Source: Octopus sinensis
Lineage: Eukaryota
Direction of reading: 5' to 3'
Assembly: GCF_006345805.1 (NCBI RefSeq)
Contig: NC_043002.1
Coordinates: 88,474,001 to 88,538,000, forward strand
Length of the DNA stretch: 64,000 nt
Shown here: piece by piece, positions 1 through 12,057 of the stretch
How positions within the stretch are numbered: position 1 is the first letter of the stretch
Layout of the letters: every line of letters starts with the position of its first letter
The notes under the pieces: model-generated
The model's input: only the letters and a program-made list of their open reading frames with translations
Database searches by the model: none
What the model was told of the DNA's origin: nothing
Program-made: the position numbers and the translations under genes

Positions 1-540
1 TCTGATGCTCAGGTAAAATGGAAAAGTCTTTGACGTTTTGAACCTATACTTTTCAACAGAAAGGGATGAAAGTAAAAAAAAATGGAGAGAGAGAGAAAAC
101 AATGTGTTGGGATATGTATGCATGTATGTATGTGTAAGTATGCGCATGCACACGTGTGTGTGCATGTGTGTTATATGTGTGTATGTTTGTGTCTCCTTGT
201 CTCATCATGTGATAGATGTAAAAAAGTGATACTGCCATGCATGCAGTCTTCTGTAAAAACATGTCTGGTTATGGTAAAATATTACCTAACTTGAAATAGG
301 CCAGGGTTGACAAGAAGGACATCCAGCCATAAAAAAAAAAAATCTACTTCAATGAATTCTGTCTGACCCATGAAAGCATGGAAAAGAGGATGATGATGAT
401 GATGATGATGATGATGGTGGTGATGAGGATGATGGTAATGATGATGATGATGATTGTGGTGGCAATGACGACAGCAATGACAACAACAACAAAAATGATG
501 GCAGTATCAACAGCAACAGCAGCAACAATGATAGAGATAT

Positions 541-733
541 ATTTCTTTACTACCCACAAGGGGCTAAACACAGAGGGGACAAACAAGTGTGTAACTGGTA
601 CTAAATTTATCGACCCCGAAAGGATGAAAGGCAAAGTCGACCTCGGCGGAGTTTGAACTTGGAACATAGCAACAGACGAAATACAACTACACATTTCGCC
701 TGGCGTGCTAACATTTCTGCCAGCTCGCCACCT
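541..733 (-). mobile_element. tRNA-derived SINE, family A
   Basis: Minus strand reads GGTGGCGAGCTGGCAGAAA...GTTCAAA (A/B-box-like), then core GTCGACTTTGCCTTTCATCCTTTCGGGGTCGATAAA, then tail CCCCTTGTGGGTAGTAAAGAAAT. More than 12 copies occur in the window (e.g. 2470, 11400, 14355, 16227, 42344, 43640, 54350, 63055). Confidence 0.85.
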
Positions 734-1180
734 TAGAGATAGCAATAACAATGATGGTGGTGACAATGGCACTGACAGTAGCAACGATGACATCAATGAT
801 GGCAGCAATGATGACAACGATGACAAAGGCAATGGCAATAATGAATCAACGATGACTTAAAATACCAGTAGGGAATTGTTTCTGGTTTGTTAAGGTATTG
901 CAAAAAAAACAAAAGCTAGGTATTAAATTATATTCTGAATCACATCAAAAGGCGAGATATCTATGATGGAAACAATCTACCTAATAATTGAAATTTTTGT
1001 GATCCATGGAATATCTGATTCTATCATCTTGGCAATCAGTACATCAACACAATTCCAATCACTTTAGATTGAATGTAAAGGTAAAGTTCCCTTTTACTGT
1101 TTCTGCTGTATTATTTTATCAGAAATTTTGTACGGGTACAAGACCAATTTTACAGAACCATTGCCAGGGCAGTTAACTTT

Positions 1181-1567
1181 GCCAGAGCGGCTAACTGGCT
1201 TCCACGCCAGTGGCATGTAAAAAGCACCATTCGAGCGTGATCATTACCAGCGTCGCCTTACTGGCACTTGTGCCGGTGGCACGTGAAAAAGCATTCGAGC
1301 GAGGTCGTTGCCAGTGCCACTGGACTGGCTCCTGTGCATATGGCACATAAAAAACAACATTTGAGCATGGCCGTTACCAGTACAACCTGACTGGCCTTCG
1401 TGCCAGTAAAAGCACCCACTACACTCTCGGATTGGTTGGTGTTAGGAATGGCATCCAGCTGTAGAAACTCTGCCAGGTCAAGATTGGAGCCTGGTGCAGC
1501 CAATCTGGTTCGCCAGTCCTCAGTCAAATCGTTCAACCCATCCTAGCATGGAAAGCGGACATTAAGC

Positions 1568-1597
<30 letters not shown>
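1181..1597 (+). mobile_element. RTE LINE 3' UTR fragment (5'-truncated copy)
   Basis: Ends GGCATCCAGCTGTAGAAAC...AACCCATCCTAGCATGGAAAGCGGAC-(GAT)n, matching the 3' end of the RTE at 22142-26007. Similar fragments lie near 14955, 20100, 26845, 35110, 38315, 55135, 60198, 60731 and 62600. Confidence 0.8.
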
Positions 1598-1598
<1 letters not shown>

Positions 1599-1730
1599 GG
1601 TTCTAAAACTATTCCAGATTACTGATTTATCAGAACCAGGGAGTGATCACCTTGGTCAACACACTCTAAATTAAACAAAGTTGTCAGTTAGAAAATCCCA
1701 ATTAGAGATGAGAGTAGTGACTATACTGAC

Positions 1731-1990
1731 AAGTAAAGTTAATGCCTTATCAATATGGCTGTTTGATGTTACTACTGTTTTAACCCTAGGCGGATCTTCC
1801 ACCAGCTAGTTATAAGTGCAGCCTGCACCCTGTGTATATTGCAAGCAGGGAGGATGGTAGGGATTTGCTCCTCCACTTGCAATATATACAGGGTGCAGGC
1901 TTCACCTATAATCAGCTGGCAGAAGATCTGCCCAGGGTTAAAATTTAGTAACATCAAACAACCATATTGGTGTGGTGATTAACTTTACTT
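1731..1990. repeat. Imperfect foldback (inverted repeat), arms about 120 bp
   Basis: 1731-1853 is the reverse complement of 1868-1990 (e.g. GCCTGCACCCTGTGTATATTGCAAG / CTTGCAATATATACAGGGTGCAGGC). Confidence 0.85.
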
Positions 1991-2779
1991 AAACAAAGGT
2001 TATATTTTTGTTTTTTGCTGCTTTTGCAGATTCCCATGATTCTCTGTTGCCATCCATTTCCATTATTGTGAATTAGAATTGGGAGTTAGTGTCATAGTGA
2101 ATATTCTATTAGCTGATTACACAACCATCGATGCCACCCCTATGGATGCTTTGCAATTACTCTCTTCATAGAGCTTTGTGATCTTCACTGTTGATCTTCT
2201 ACGCCTCCTCTGCTCAGCATTAATGTGAGAAGCACTATTGGCTCAGTTGAGTTCTGCTACCTCTTCTCAGTTTGCTATGCAGCAGTCCTATGGCTTCACC
2301 ATATCTCTAGCAGGGTGGCTGAACCGGTACTATGCTTTGCCAAAGGGCAGCCTGTAACTATGCAGGCTACAGGTGTCACTCCATTAGGTATTTTCAAATA
2401 CCCACATACCCTGAATAATTAGATTAAATACAGGTACCTGTACACAACTAGTATTAATTAGCATGGATTTGTTAGCAGAGTCGTTAGCACAGTGGGCAAA
2501 ATGCTCAGTGGTATTTCACCCATCTTTACATTCTGAGTTCAAATTCTGCTGAGGTTGACTTTGCCTTTCATCCTTTCGGGGTCAATAAATAAAGTATCAA
2601 TCAAGTATTGGGGTCAATGTGATCGACTTCCCACTTCCCCACAAATTTCAGGCCTTATGCCTATAGTAGAATAAATTAATTGGCACACATTATAAGAAGT
2701 TCCAGACCAAGCGTGCCTGGAACATTGGTGTTGTACCTGTAGCATATTTGACAAGCATTTACTGATTCAATTTCAGGAA

Positions 2780-3595
2780 TTTCTACAGAAGGAATACCCA
2801 TATGTTGCTGCACTCAGAATCAATCTTTGAAGGTAGAGAATTCCTGGATCTTTTCAGTTTGAACGGCAGTTTTTTCTAGCGGTGCCATATGAAATTGTCA
2901 CCCATAGTTATGACCCTAGTATCGATCTATTGCATTTCAATCTGTTTTAGGGTTAGGGTTAGGGGTGGGGGGAAGGGTATCTTTTTTTCTTCACAAATGT
3001 AAATAAACCCAATCTGTTTCTTAAACGAGGAACATATTCATATGGCACAGAATGTTTTTTACCTCAATAGACGTCAGTGATTGGTTGAAATTGCAGAAAT
3101 TGAAGAATAAAAAACAAAAAATATCTTATAGAATTTTCTCAATAAAGCCAAGAGAAAAAGATGTTTTATAAACACATTCTACCAGTATACAAAGTTTAAT
3201 ATTTTTTAGTTACCTAGAAATTATGTTAAAAACTGCCGTTCAAACCGAAAAGATCCGAATTCCTAAATTAATGAACTGCTGGCAGAGAGAATAATTATAC
3301 CTTCAAAGTCATTGTGGCCCTCACAAGTTGTTATAGTCAACAAAATTGGTGGCAATAGGTGGTGTTTGTACCTATTAATAGATGTACACAGCAAGATATA
3401 TCTCCCCCTTCCACTCATTAGTGATGTTTGGACCAAATTCAATGAAGTCATCATTTCAGTGCTGTTGACTTTTGTTCAGCATATCATTAAGTGCTCTTGC
3501 CTCCCTGAGAGCAACATTTTACAGGTTTCGAACTAAACAACGTATTATCCCAACTTATGCACATGATTGCCATTTAGAATTACAAATGAAGTGTT
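2780..3595 (+). pseudogene. Degenerate Gypsy/Ty3 reverse transcriptase remnant, interrupted by a MITE
   Basis: Translated pieces INELLAERIIIPSKSLWPSQVVIV, YLPLPLISDV, FSAVDFCSAYH and PFRITN match Gypsy RT motifs. Contains stops and frameshifts. Confidence 0.6.
2846..3256. mobile_element. MITE with about 28-bp TIRs and 8-bp TSD
   Basis: GGATCTTTTCAGTTTGAACGGCAGTTTT ... AAAACTGCCGTTCAAACCGAAAAGATCC. TSD GAATTCCT at 2838-2845 and 3257-3264. Confidence 0.9.
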
Positions 3596-3639
3596 GATTT
3601 TATGTAGAAAAAGGGGTAAAAAATGTTATAATGCTTAGA

Positions 3640-3678
3640 TAGCTAGCTAGATAGATAGATAAATAGATAGACAGATAA

Positions 3679-3737
<59 letters not shown>

Positions 3738-3754
3738 TGAAAAGAAATAAATAA

Positions 3755-3790
<36 letters not shown>

Positions 3791-3806
3791 ATAGATAGAC
3801 AGATAA

Positions 3807-3839
<33 letters not shown>

Positions 3840-3840
3840 G

Positions 3841-3882
<42 letters not shown>

Positions 3883-3884
3883 AG

Positions 3885-3958
<74 letters not shown>

Positions 3959-4267
3959 GCATGTTTATAATATATATTCTCACCTACACACACATACACA
4001 AACATATACACATATACACACACACACACAAACACACATATACACGACCTTGTGTGTGTGTGTGTGTGTGTGTGTGTCTGTGTGTGTCTGTGTGTGTGTG
4101 TCTGTGTGTTTGTGTGTGAAATACACATTGTTAAGATAGAGACAATAATTTTGATTTTACAAAAAGATTTCATGAAGTGCATAGTAACATATATGTACCT
4201 GATCTGTATAATGTGTATATATGTATATATATATATATTTACAGACACACATACACACACACACACA

Positions 4268-4345
<78 letters not shown>
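3640..4345. repeat. Compound microsatellites (TAGA)n, (CA)n, (TG)n
   Basis: Directly visible; the ORFs here are low-complexity artefacts. Confidence 0.95.
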
Positions 4346-4346
<1 letters not shown>

Positions 4347-4439
4347 TAGATGATAGGCAAACTATAAAAATGTTTGAACATCCACGTATAAACATTGTAT
4401 TAAATTAAATTAAAGGATGTGTAATGTCAGTGTTCATAA

Positions 4440-5520
4440 TTGACAGAGTGTAAGTACCTTGAGAGAAAAGTTGAATCTAAGAAGCATCAGTTGTGGTGGG
4501 CAAGAGAGACGTCTGCGCTGGTATGGGCATGTGACGAGAATGGGTGAAGATAGTTGTGTGCAAAAGTGCCACACTCTAGCAGTTGAGGGAACCTGTGGAA
4601 GAGGTAGACCCAGGAAAACCTGGGACGAGGTAGTGAAGCACGACCTTCGAACTCTAGGTCTCACCAAGGAAATGACTAGAGACCGAGACCTATGGAAGTA
4701 TGCTGTGCGTGAGAAGACCCGGCAAGACCAGTGAGAACAGTCAAAATCAAACCAAATCAACATCAGTGGAAATTGCAGCTGTGGTTAAGCGAACCATCCG
4801 ATCGTTTGTCCGTTGCCAGCCTCGCCTGGCCCCCGTGCCATTGGCACGTAAAAGCACCATCCGTTCGTGTCCGTTGCCAGCCTAGCCTGGCCCCCGTGCC
4901 GTTGGCACGTAAAAGCACCATCCGCTCGTGTCCGTTGCCAGCTTTGCCTGGCCCCCATGCCGGTAGCATGTTAAAGCACCATCCGTTCGTGTCCGTTGCC
5001 AGCCTCGCCTGGCCCCCGTGCCGTTGGCACGTAAAAGCACCATCTGCTCGTGTCCGTTGCCAGCCTTGACTGGCACCCGTGTCGGTAGCACGTAAAAGCA
5101 CCATCCGTTCATGTCCGTTGCCAGCCTCGACTGGCACCCGTGCCGGTAGCACGTAAAAGCACCATCTGTTCGTGTCCGTTGCCAGCCTCGCCTGGCCCCC
5201 GTGCTGGTAGCACGTAAAAGCACCATCCGTTCGTGTCCGTTGCCAGCCTCGCCTGGCCCCCGTGCCGGTAGCACGTAAAAGCACCATCCGTTCGTGGCCG
5301 TTTGCCAGCTCTGTCTGGCACCTGTGCAGGTGGCACGTAAAAAGCACCCACTACACTCACGGAGTGGTTGGCGTTAGGAAGGGCATCCAGCTGTAGAAAC
5401 ACTGCCAAATCTGACTGGGCCTGATGAAGCCTTCCGGCTTCACAGACCCAGTTAAACCGTCCAACCCATGCTAGCATGGAAAATGGATGCTAAATGATGA
5501 TGATGATGATGATGATGATG
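4440..5520 (+). mobile_element. RTE LINE 3' fragment with a 61-bp minisatellite in the 3' UTR
   Basis: ORF end RRLRWYGHVTRM...GRGRPRKTWDEVVKHDLRTLGL matches the RTE C-terminus. About 8 tandem 61-bp units at 4795-5300, then the conserved tail and (GAT)n. Confidence 0.9.
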
Positions 5521-5549
5521 GTATGAGTACAAAGTTTAATATATATATA

Positions 5550-5780
5550 TAAAGAAATTATTGTATAGTGCTCAGGTGCACCACAACTTGTCAAAAAGTG
5601 CATATAAAGCATATGCAGTAATGTACAAATGTCTGGAAAGCGAACAGTGTATGAGTCAGATACATGCTTGCGTGTGTATGGAGGGGAGAAAATCAGGTGT
5701 AGTGTTGGCGAATCTCAGGAAGCATAGAAGTTTTGAAGGATGCAGTGCTCTGACAACTAACAACTGATGCCGGCAGTGGT
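5550..5780 (-). mobile_element. CR1/L2-like LINE 3' end remnant
   Basis: Minus strand encodes LPASVVSCQSTASFKT, resembling the WNxLPxxVVxxxSxxSFK C-terminal motif, followed by a UTR. Confidence 0.45.
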
Positions 5781-6482
5781 GGAAAATACGCATGGAGTCA
5801 TCCATGGAGACTGAACTCCACATAAGTAATAATCCAAGCAACCATTCTAACTATTATAAAGTTCTCTAGATTATGATAGATGTGTGCAATTCGGTGCAGT
5901 TTTTCCCTTTCAAATTCTTACTGTAAGCTAATTTAATTTGAATTGATACTTATGCGTGTGTATGTGTGAGTGTATATATGAATGTGTGAGTGTGTGAATA
6001 TGCATGTACACTCATCATCATCATTGTCATCATCAGCTTTTCTATGCTGGAATGAGTTTGGTGAGGCTTTTTGAGACAGAGTTTTATAGCTGAATGTCTT
6101 ACTTGATGTCAGCCTCTTGTGTGGCCTTTTTCAAGACAGAAAGATGAGGACACCAATTCTAAAACCCAAGGCACACAAAGTGTGGATGTATGTATAGAGT
6201 GTTAGGTGTGGTGTACAGATTTTTAAAATTGATAAAAAGGTCACCAGAATTTTGGAAAAAAAATTTTTTATTCATTATTATTAGTGCTTTCATTCATTAC
6301 TCGAACTTGTCAAAAAGAATTTTGTGAATGTACAAACAGCTTGTTCATTTATATAAAACAGATGGGGTTTTTTTTTTGGGGGGGGGGCGGGGGGTTAGAA
6401 GAGAAGAACATTGTCTTTGATTTTTTGGGTGAGGTTCCATGACAATGGAGATAGATAGATAGAAAGACAGGTAGAAAGTAAG

Positions 6483-7011
6483 ATGGTGAACTGGCAGAAA
6501 TGTTAGCACGCTGGGCGAAATGCTTAGCGGTATTTCATCTGCTGCTACGTTCTGAGTTCAAATTCCACCGAGGTCGACTTTGCCATTCATCCTTTCGGGG
6601 TCAATTAAATAAGTACCAGTTATGCACTGGGGTCGATATAATCGACTTAATCTGTTTGTCTGTCCTTGTTTGTCCCCTCTGTGTGTAGCCCCTTGTGGGC
6701 AATAAAGAAATAAGAAAGATAGGTAGGTAGATAGATAGATAGATAGATAGTCAGACATATAAATAGATAGATAGGTAGAGAGAAGGGGAGATATATATAT
6801 ATTTCTTTACTGCCCACAAGGGGCTAAACACAGAGGGGACAAACAAGGACAGACAAAAGTATTAAGTCAATTACATCGACCCCAGTGCGAAACTGGTACT
6901 TTATAGGCAAAGTCGACCTCGGCGGAATTTGAACTCAGAACGTAACGACAGATGAAATACCGCTAAGCATTTCGCCTGGCGCGCTAATGTTTCTGCCAGC
7001 TCGCCACCTTA
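6483..7011. mobile_element. Two SINE-A copies tail-to-tail (6483-6716 +, 6800-7011 -)
   Basis: Two family A copies in opposite orientation separated by about 80 bp of (TAGA)n. Confidence 0.85.
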
Positions 7012-7073
7012 GAGGGAGATATATATACATATATATATATGCAGTTAAGTATATACCTGGTCATGGACAACTC

Positions 7074-7208
7074 ATGGGGAAGGTCAAATAGCTCTTCAAA
7101 CTGTGGAGGTAGAATTCCAGTACAGTCAGTTAGTAAACAAAGAATAAACTAATTGACTGTAACAGAATTCTACCTCCACAGTTTGAAGAGCTATTTGGCC
7201 TTCACCAT
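7074..7208. repeat. Near-perfect hairpin, arms about 60 bp
   Basis: AAATAGCTCTTCAAACTGTGGAGGTAGAATTC pairs with GAATTCTACCTCCACAGTTTGAAGAGCTATTT; loop about 13 nt. Confidence 0.9.
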
Positions 7209-7501
7209 TAGAATCTGACAAGTTGTTTATAGAGCTAAACGCTTTATGAAAGCAAAACCGTTGGTCACTCTATGACCAGACATATACTTAACTGCTTGTA
7301 AATACATTACTACTCTATACTTTAGAGCAGTGCTTTTCAACCTTTTTGCTGGAGTGGAACCCCAAGGAAACATTCCACTGGCTCGAGGAACCCCTGTGCA
7401 ATAATTTGTCTTATGCAAAAAAACAGCATTTTATTATATTTCGTTTTTGGATTTGGTTTGCAAGATTCTTTATATGAGTTCGTGTGTTGAAGCATATTCT
7501 A

Positions 7502-7723
7502 TTGTGTCTGGGGAGAGTCATTCTCTTTTAGTGCCTTATTATTTAACACACTCACCGGTAAAATTTCCACTTATTTCTTATTTTTATTTTCTAAAATTTT
7601 CGTTGAAAAGGTTGCAAGACGCAACGAAAATTTTAGAAAATAAAAATAAGAAATAACTGAAAATTTTACCGGTGAGTGCTAAATAATAAGGCACTAAAAG
7701 AGAATGACTCTCCCCAGACACAA
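7502..7723. mobile_element. Palindromic MITE/foldback nested in the hAT element
   Basis: Arms of about 100 bp, TGTGTCTGGGGAGAGTCATTCTC...TTTTCGTTG / CAACGAAAA...GAGAATGACTCTCCCCAGACACA. Confidence 0.85.
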
Positions 7724-7901
7724 CAGCATTTAATTAATGAAATGAGAATACTCATGTTTCAGATTTATTTACAATAAATTCACAAACAGTAAAAAATTGT
7801 CACATACATATGCAATTTTATTCTTGCATCTACAGTTATTATTAAAACATGTATTAAAAAAACTTTAGTTTGAATAGATTACATTTATTCTCATCAAAAA
7901 C

Positions 7902-9781
7902 TCAATAAGAAACTTGAGCCTGGTGTTTTTTGCACAACTCTTTAAGATTGGGTCGTGTTTTTGATAGACACACACGAAGTTCATCTTCCACAGACAGCAA
8001 TTGTGCTCGCTTCTTGTGCTTGGTGGCTGTCAGGGCTGAAAATCCAAATTCACAGAAGTAGGAGGTTGAAAACTGCACAAGAGGTTGCAGCACTTTCTGG
8101 GCAATTGCAGGATATTCCTTTTCAACCAGCAACCAAAATGCATCCAGGTGAAGCTCAGAATGCTTCAACTTTAATGTTCTGTCATTTAAAACACTGGCAA
8201 GTTCTTCTTCTTCTGTTAATGTGAACTGTTCTTCAAATGGCTCAAATTCCACAAATGAGTTTCTAATCCAATCATACTGGTCAACAGATATCGATGGAAA
8301 ATATTTGTCAAGGTTTGTTAACAAAGTGTGCAAATGGTTCAAAATCAGTAGCACAGTTTCTTGACAGTTCCTTTTAAAAACACTTGGAAACATTTCCAAA
8401 TTTCCTGCAGCTATGTGTTTCTTCCATATTGTCAATTCCTTCTGAAAAGCATTTATTTTGTCAGTAGAAGACAAAATATTTTCGTTCCTGTCCTGCATGC
8501 TATTGTTCAAGAGGCTTAGCTCATGAAATATATCGGCAAGATATGCTAACTTGGAACACCAATGGTCATCACTCAAACATTCTACAAAGTTTCTCAGGTT
8601 TTCTTGCAAACAAAAGGTCAGTAACTCTTCTCTTAATTCGTAAAAGTGAGACAATACTTTTCCCCTTGACAACCATCGTATTTCTGTGTGCTGGATTAAA
8701 GTGGAATGGTCTGCTTCCATATCCACACAAAGTTTCACAAACTGTCGACATTTAAGTGGCCTCATTTTGAAGTAATTATCTATTTTCACTACCATAGCCA
8801 ATGAAGATTTTAGTTCAGGTCCAAGAGTTTTAGCAACTAGTGCTTTTCTATGAATGAAACATTTGGATTTTGTTTTTGTGCAATTGGGACAAAGCCTTTA
8901 AGACATCCTGTCATTGCAGGGGTACCATCTGTACAAATACCAACACAGTTTTTCCAGTTCAATCCACAATACTCTAAATATGAATTTAAAACATCAAATA
9001 CATCTTGTCCTTTTCTTGTTTCTGGCAACTCTTTGCAACACAGGACGTCTTCTACAATAGTTTCATCATTAATAAAACGAACAAATACAAGGAGCTGTGA
9101 TTTACCAGTGATGTCTGTACTCTCGTCAACTTGAAGTGCAAACAACTTATGTTTCAGTATTTTTGACTTAATATTGCACTCAATGTCTCCTGACATGTCT
9201 TGAATGAACCTACTTTTATGTTGTCAGAAAGTGGAATTTTATTTAGCTCTGATACAGCATCCTCTCCAAACATTATCCTCACTAGTTCCTGGCATGCAGG
9301 TAAAATTACAGTTTCAGTCATGGTATGAGATTTCATTTTTCTTGCAACTATCTCCGTCACAGCATAACTTGCTTCTTGTCCTTTGTCACTCAACTTGAAC
9401 TTTTTGACAAACATAGAAAATTGCCTTTTATTAAATGCCAATTCTCTTTTAAAATATTATTCTTTTTTGCCTGACAACTCTGGATGTTTAGTCGTTGAGT
9501 GTCGTTTCAGTTTGGCTGGTGCCATAGCACTATTAGCCAGCTTCTCCCCAGAAACAGTACACAAAGGTGAAGAGCAGTCTGGGTTTCCAGTCCAAGTAAA
9601 TCCCAGAGCTATGTAGTTTTCACAATATTGATGAACTTTTAGTTGCAGGTTAATTCCATCATTTCTTGGTAATTTCAACGAAGCAGCATCACTAGCAGTG
9701 GCTGCAACTTCAACAGACTGCCTCAGACCCTGTGTCTCTTCATCTGTATTTAACTTACGTTTTTTTCAGAAATCTATCCAT
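7902..9781 (-). pseudogene. hAT Buster-type transposase (ZBED5/ZBED8/FAM200-like), frameshifted
   Basis: Starts MDRFLKK at 9781. Contains BED-like PLCTVSGEKLANSAMAPAKLKRH, FALQVDESTD, CTDGTPAM, HTEIRWLSRGKVL and STSYFCEFGFS, and ends HQAQVSY. Split over four ORFs. Confidence 0.9.
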
Positions 9782-10624
9782 ACTTGCAAGGCTGTAAGTA
9801 GAATTGTATATATATAAAAGCAAACCTAATAGTAGCAGGACAAAAAGATCTTTAAAATGTAGCAAGTTTAACGATGTAAGATTTAGCTTTTTTAATTAAT
9901 GTTATTTAGTAATAGGTATTTGATTATATTTAAACAATAAGCATATAATTATAAAATAGATTTTCGGATTTGAATTTAAAATGTCATTTATTTGTTCATT
10001 GTTCTAATTCAGAAATTTGTAAGGAATTAATATTTATGCATATTTACATATTCTATAATTTAGTTTCAGCTTCCCTATTTCTTTTTTTTTTCTCTACATT
10101 TGATCAAATATTAATAGACGTCATACAAGAAAAAGATTTTACAAAAACGCCTTTTAAAAAGCTAAAGATCTTTTAAAAGGCATATTAACAGCACCTAAAT
10201 GGCTTCCGCAGTTAAAATGTTTCTTCCAAATATAGTCACTCGTATTTTACAAAAGAAAACTAAACCATCATCTAAGCTGGCATGCAACTTGTAGATGTGC
10301 ACGTACATGTACACACCAAGGTTCAGGGTCATCTACACTGGCAAGTAACTCGTAGTTGTACACATTGTAGGCCTACATATACACACCAAGGATCAGGGTC
10401 ATCTATGCTGGTGTGCAAATCATAGACGTACATGTAGGCCTAACACGTACACACATATCTGCACAGGAGAATTAAAAATTACTGTCGAGTTTAGCATTTA
10501 TGTAATTTCTTGCGGAACCCCAGAACTGTACTGGCAGAACCCTAAGGTTCTGTGGAACCCTGGTTGAAGACCACCGCTTTAGAGTGTGCTTCTTTTTTGG
10601 ATATATGTTACACTAATGATATAT

Positions 10625-11040
10625 ATATAAGAGGTATTGGTATCCAGAAGAGCCAAGGTGGCAGATAAGGTTATGTATGTCCCCACACTATCTACTTGTA
10701 ATAACAAAATATGAAGTCTCATCGGATTCTACATATCATAGAAAAGAAGCATTTCTACCCATTCTACACAGCACTTTCCTTGGATAATGGAACTGCAACT
10801 GTAACATCCAACATATATTTTTATTTTTATTCTTTTATTTCCCTTTATACTTCCTATATCCAGCCTTTTCTGAAATAACTCCTTATATTGAACTCTACTA
10901 TTTCCCTCTAGTTAACTCTCTCGTATCATCTCTGATGAAGGGATATCCCTAATATCCCAGAAACAGCTGTAAGACTACCTTTCCCTTTATAAATGTCCTA
11001 TAAATTCCACACAGCCTTATTTTTGTTGTCTCATTTTATT

Positions 11041-11042
<2 letters not shown>
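10625..11042 (+). mobile_element. Penelope-like/retrozyme-type element terminus, family A
   Basis: Homologous to about 21600-21970 (shared AATGGAACT.CAACT segment, hammerhead and T-rich tail ending in a microsatellite). Confidence 0.6.
10929..10974 (+). ncRNA. Minimal type I hammerhead ribozyme motif (family A)
   Basis: tct-CTGATGA-a-gggatat..atatccc-a-GAAA-cagctg-TA-aga. Intact core, 7-bp helix II, palindromic helix III, 3-bp helix I. Confidence 0.7.
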
Positions 11043-11071
<29 letters not shown>

Positions 11072-11078
<7 letters not shown>

Positions 11079-11362
11079 TAGGAGAAGTAAGGTACTCAGA
11101 AATCTGGATGGTTTTATATTTGCAGATTTTTATTAATGTCACATGTTTTTATAAATCATGTATTAACACTTGCATCCACTCTAATGGATTCTTCAGATTG
11201 AATTTTTCTGGAGATTTGTCTCTTTTTATAGTATTATTGAAGAATCCACTGGAGTGGATGCAAGCGCTAATATATGATTTATAAAGACATGTGACATACT
11301 AATAAAAATCTGTAAATATAAAACCATCCAGATTTCTGAGTACCTTATTTCTTCTAATATAT
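11072..11362. repeat. Foldback element with a hammerhead-like motif in each arm
   Basis: Arms 11072-11196 and 11237-11362. The right arm reads TTGAAGA-atccac-tgga-gtggat-GCAA-gcgc-TA; the left arm (minus strand) keeps CTGAAGA. Confidence 0.8.
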
Positions 11363-11681
11363 AATACCTGTACATCATCTCCAAACCTTCTAATATATAT
11401 ATTTCTATATTGCCCACAAGAGGCTAGACATAGAGGGGACAAACAAGGACAGACAAAGGGATTAAGTCGATTATATCGACCCAGTGTGAAACTGGTACAT
11501 TATTTATCGCCCCCGAGAGGATGAAAGGCAAAGTCGACCCCGGCGGAATTTGAACTCAGAACGTAACGACAGACAAAATAGCGCTAAGCATTTCATCCGG
11601 CACGCTAACATTTCTACCAGCTCACTGCCTTCTGATATATATATATATAGCAAAATGACCATTCCGAAATACAACAATATA

Positions 11682-11739
<58 letters not shown>

Positions 11740-11757
11740 CACATACATATATATATA

Positions 11758-11807
<50 letters not shown>

Positions 11808-11815
11808 ACACATAC

Positions 11816-11892
<77 letters not shown>

Positions 11893-11987
11893 TATATACA
11901 CACATATAGAAAATGGTGGTTCATCAACTTTTAGACATTATATTATTTTTATTTATTTATTTATTTACCAAAATGACAATTACAAGA

Positions 11988-12057
<70 letters not shown>

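Larger units (their letters stand above)
7328..10576 (-). mobile_element. Full-length hAT transposon, Buster (Charlie/SPIN-like) group
   Basis: TIRs CAGTGCTTTTCAACC / GGTTGAAGACCACCG. 8-bp TSD CTTTAGAG with central TA at 7320-7327 and 10577-10584. Subterminal GGAACCC repeats and an internal transposase are present. Confidence 0.92.

Noticed and set aside
4795-5300. CRISPR-like regular repeats
   Set aside because: Whole 61-bp units repeat with no unique spacers. The array lies in an RTE 3' UTR in eukaryotic DNA with no cas genes.
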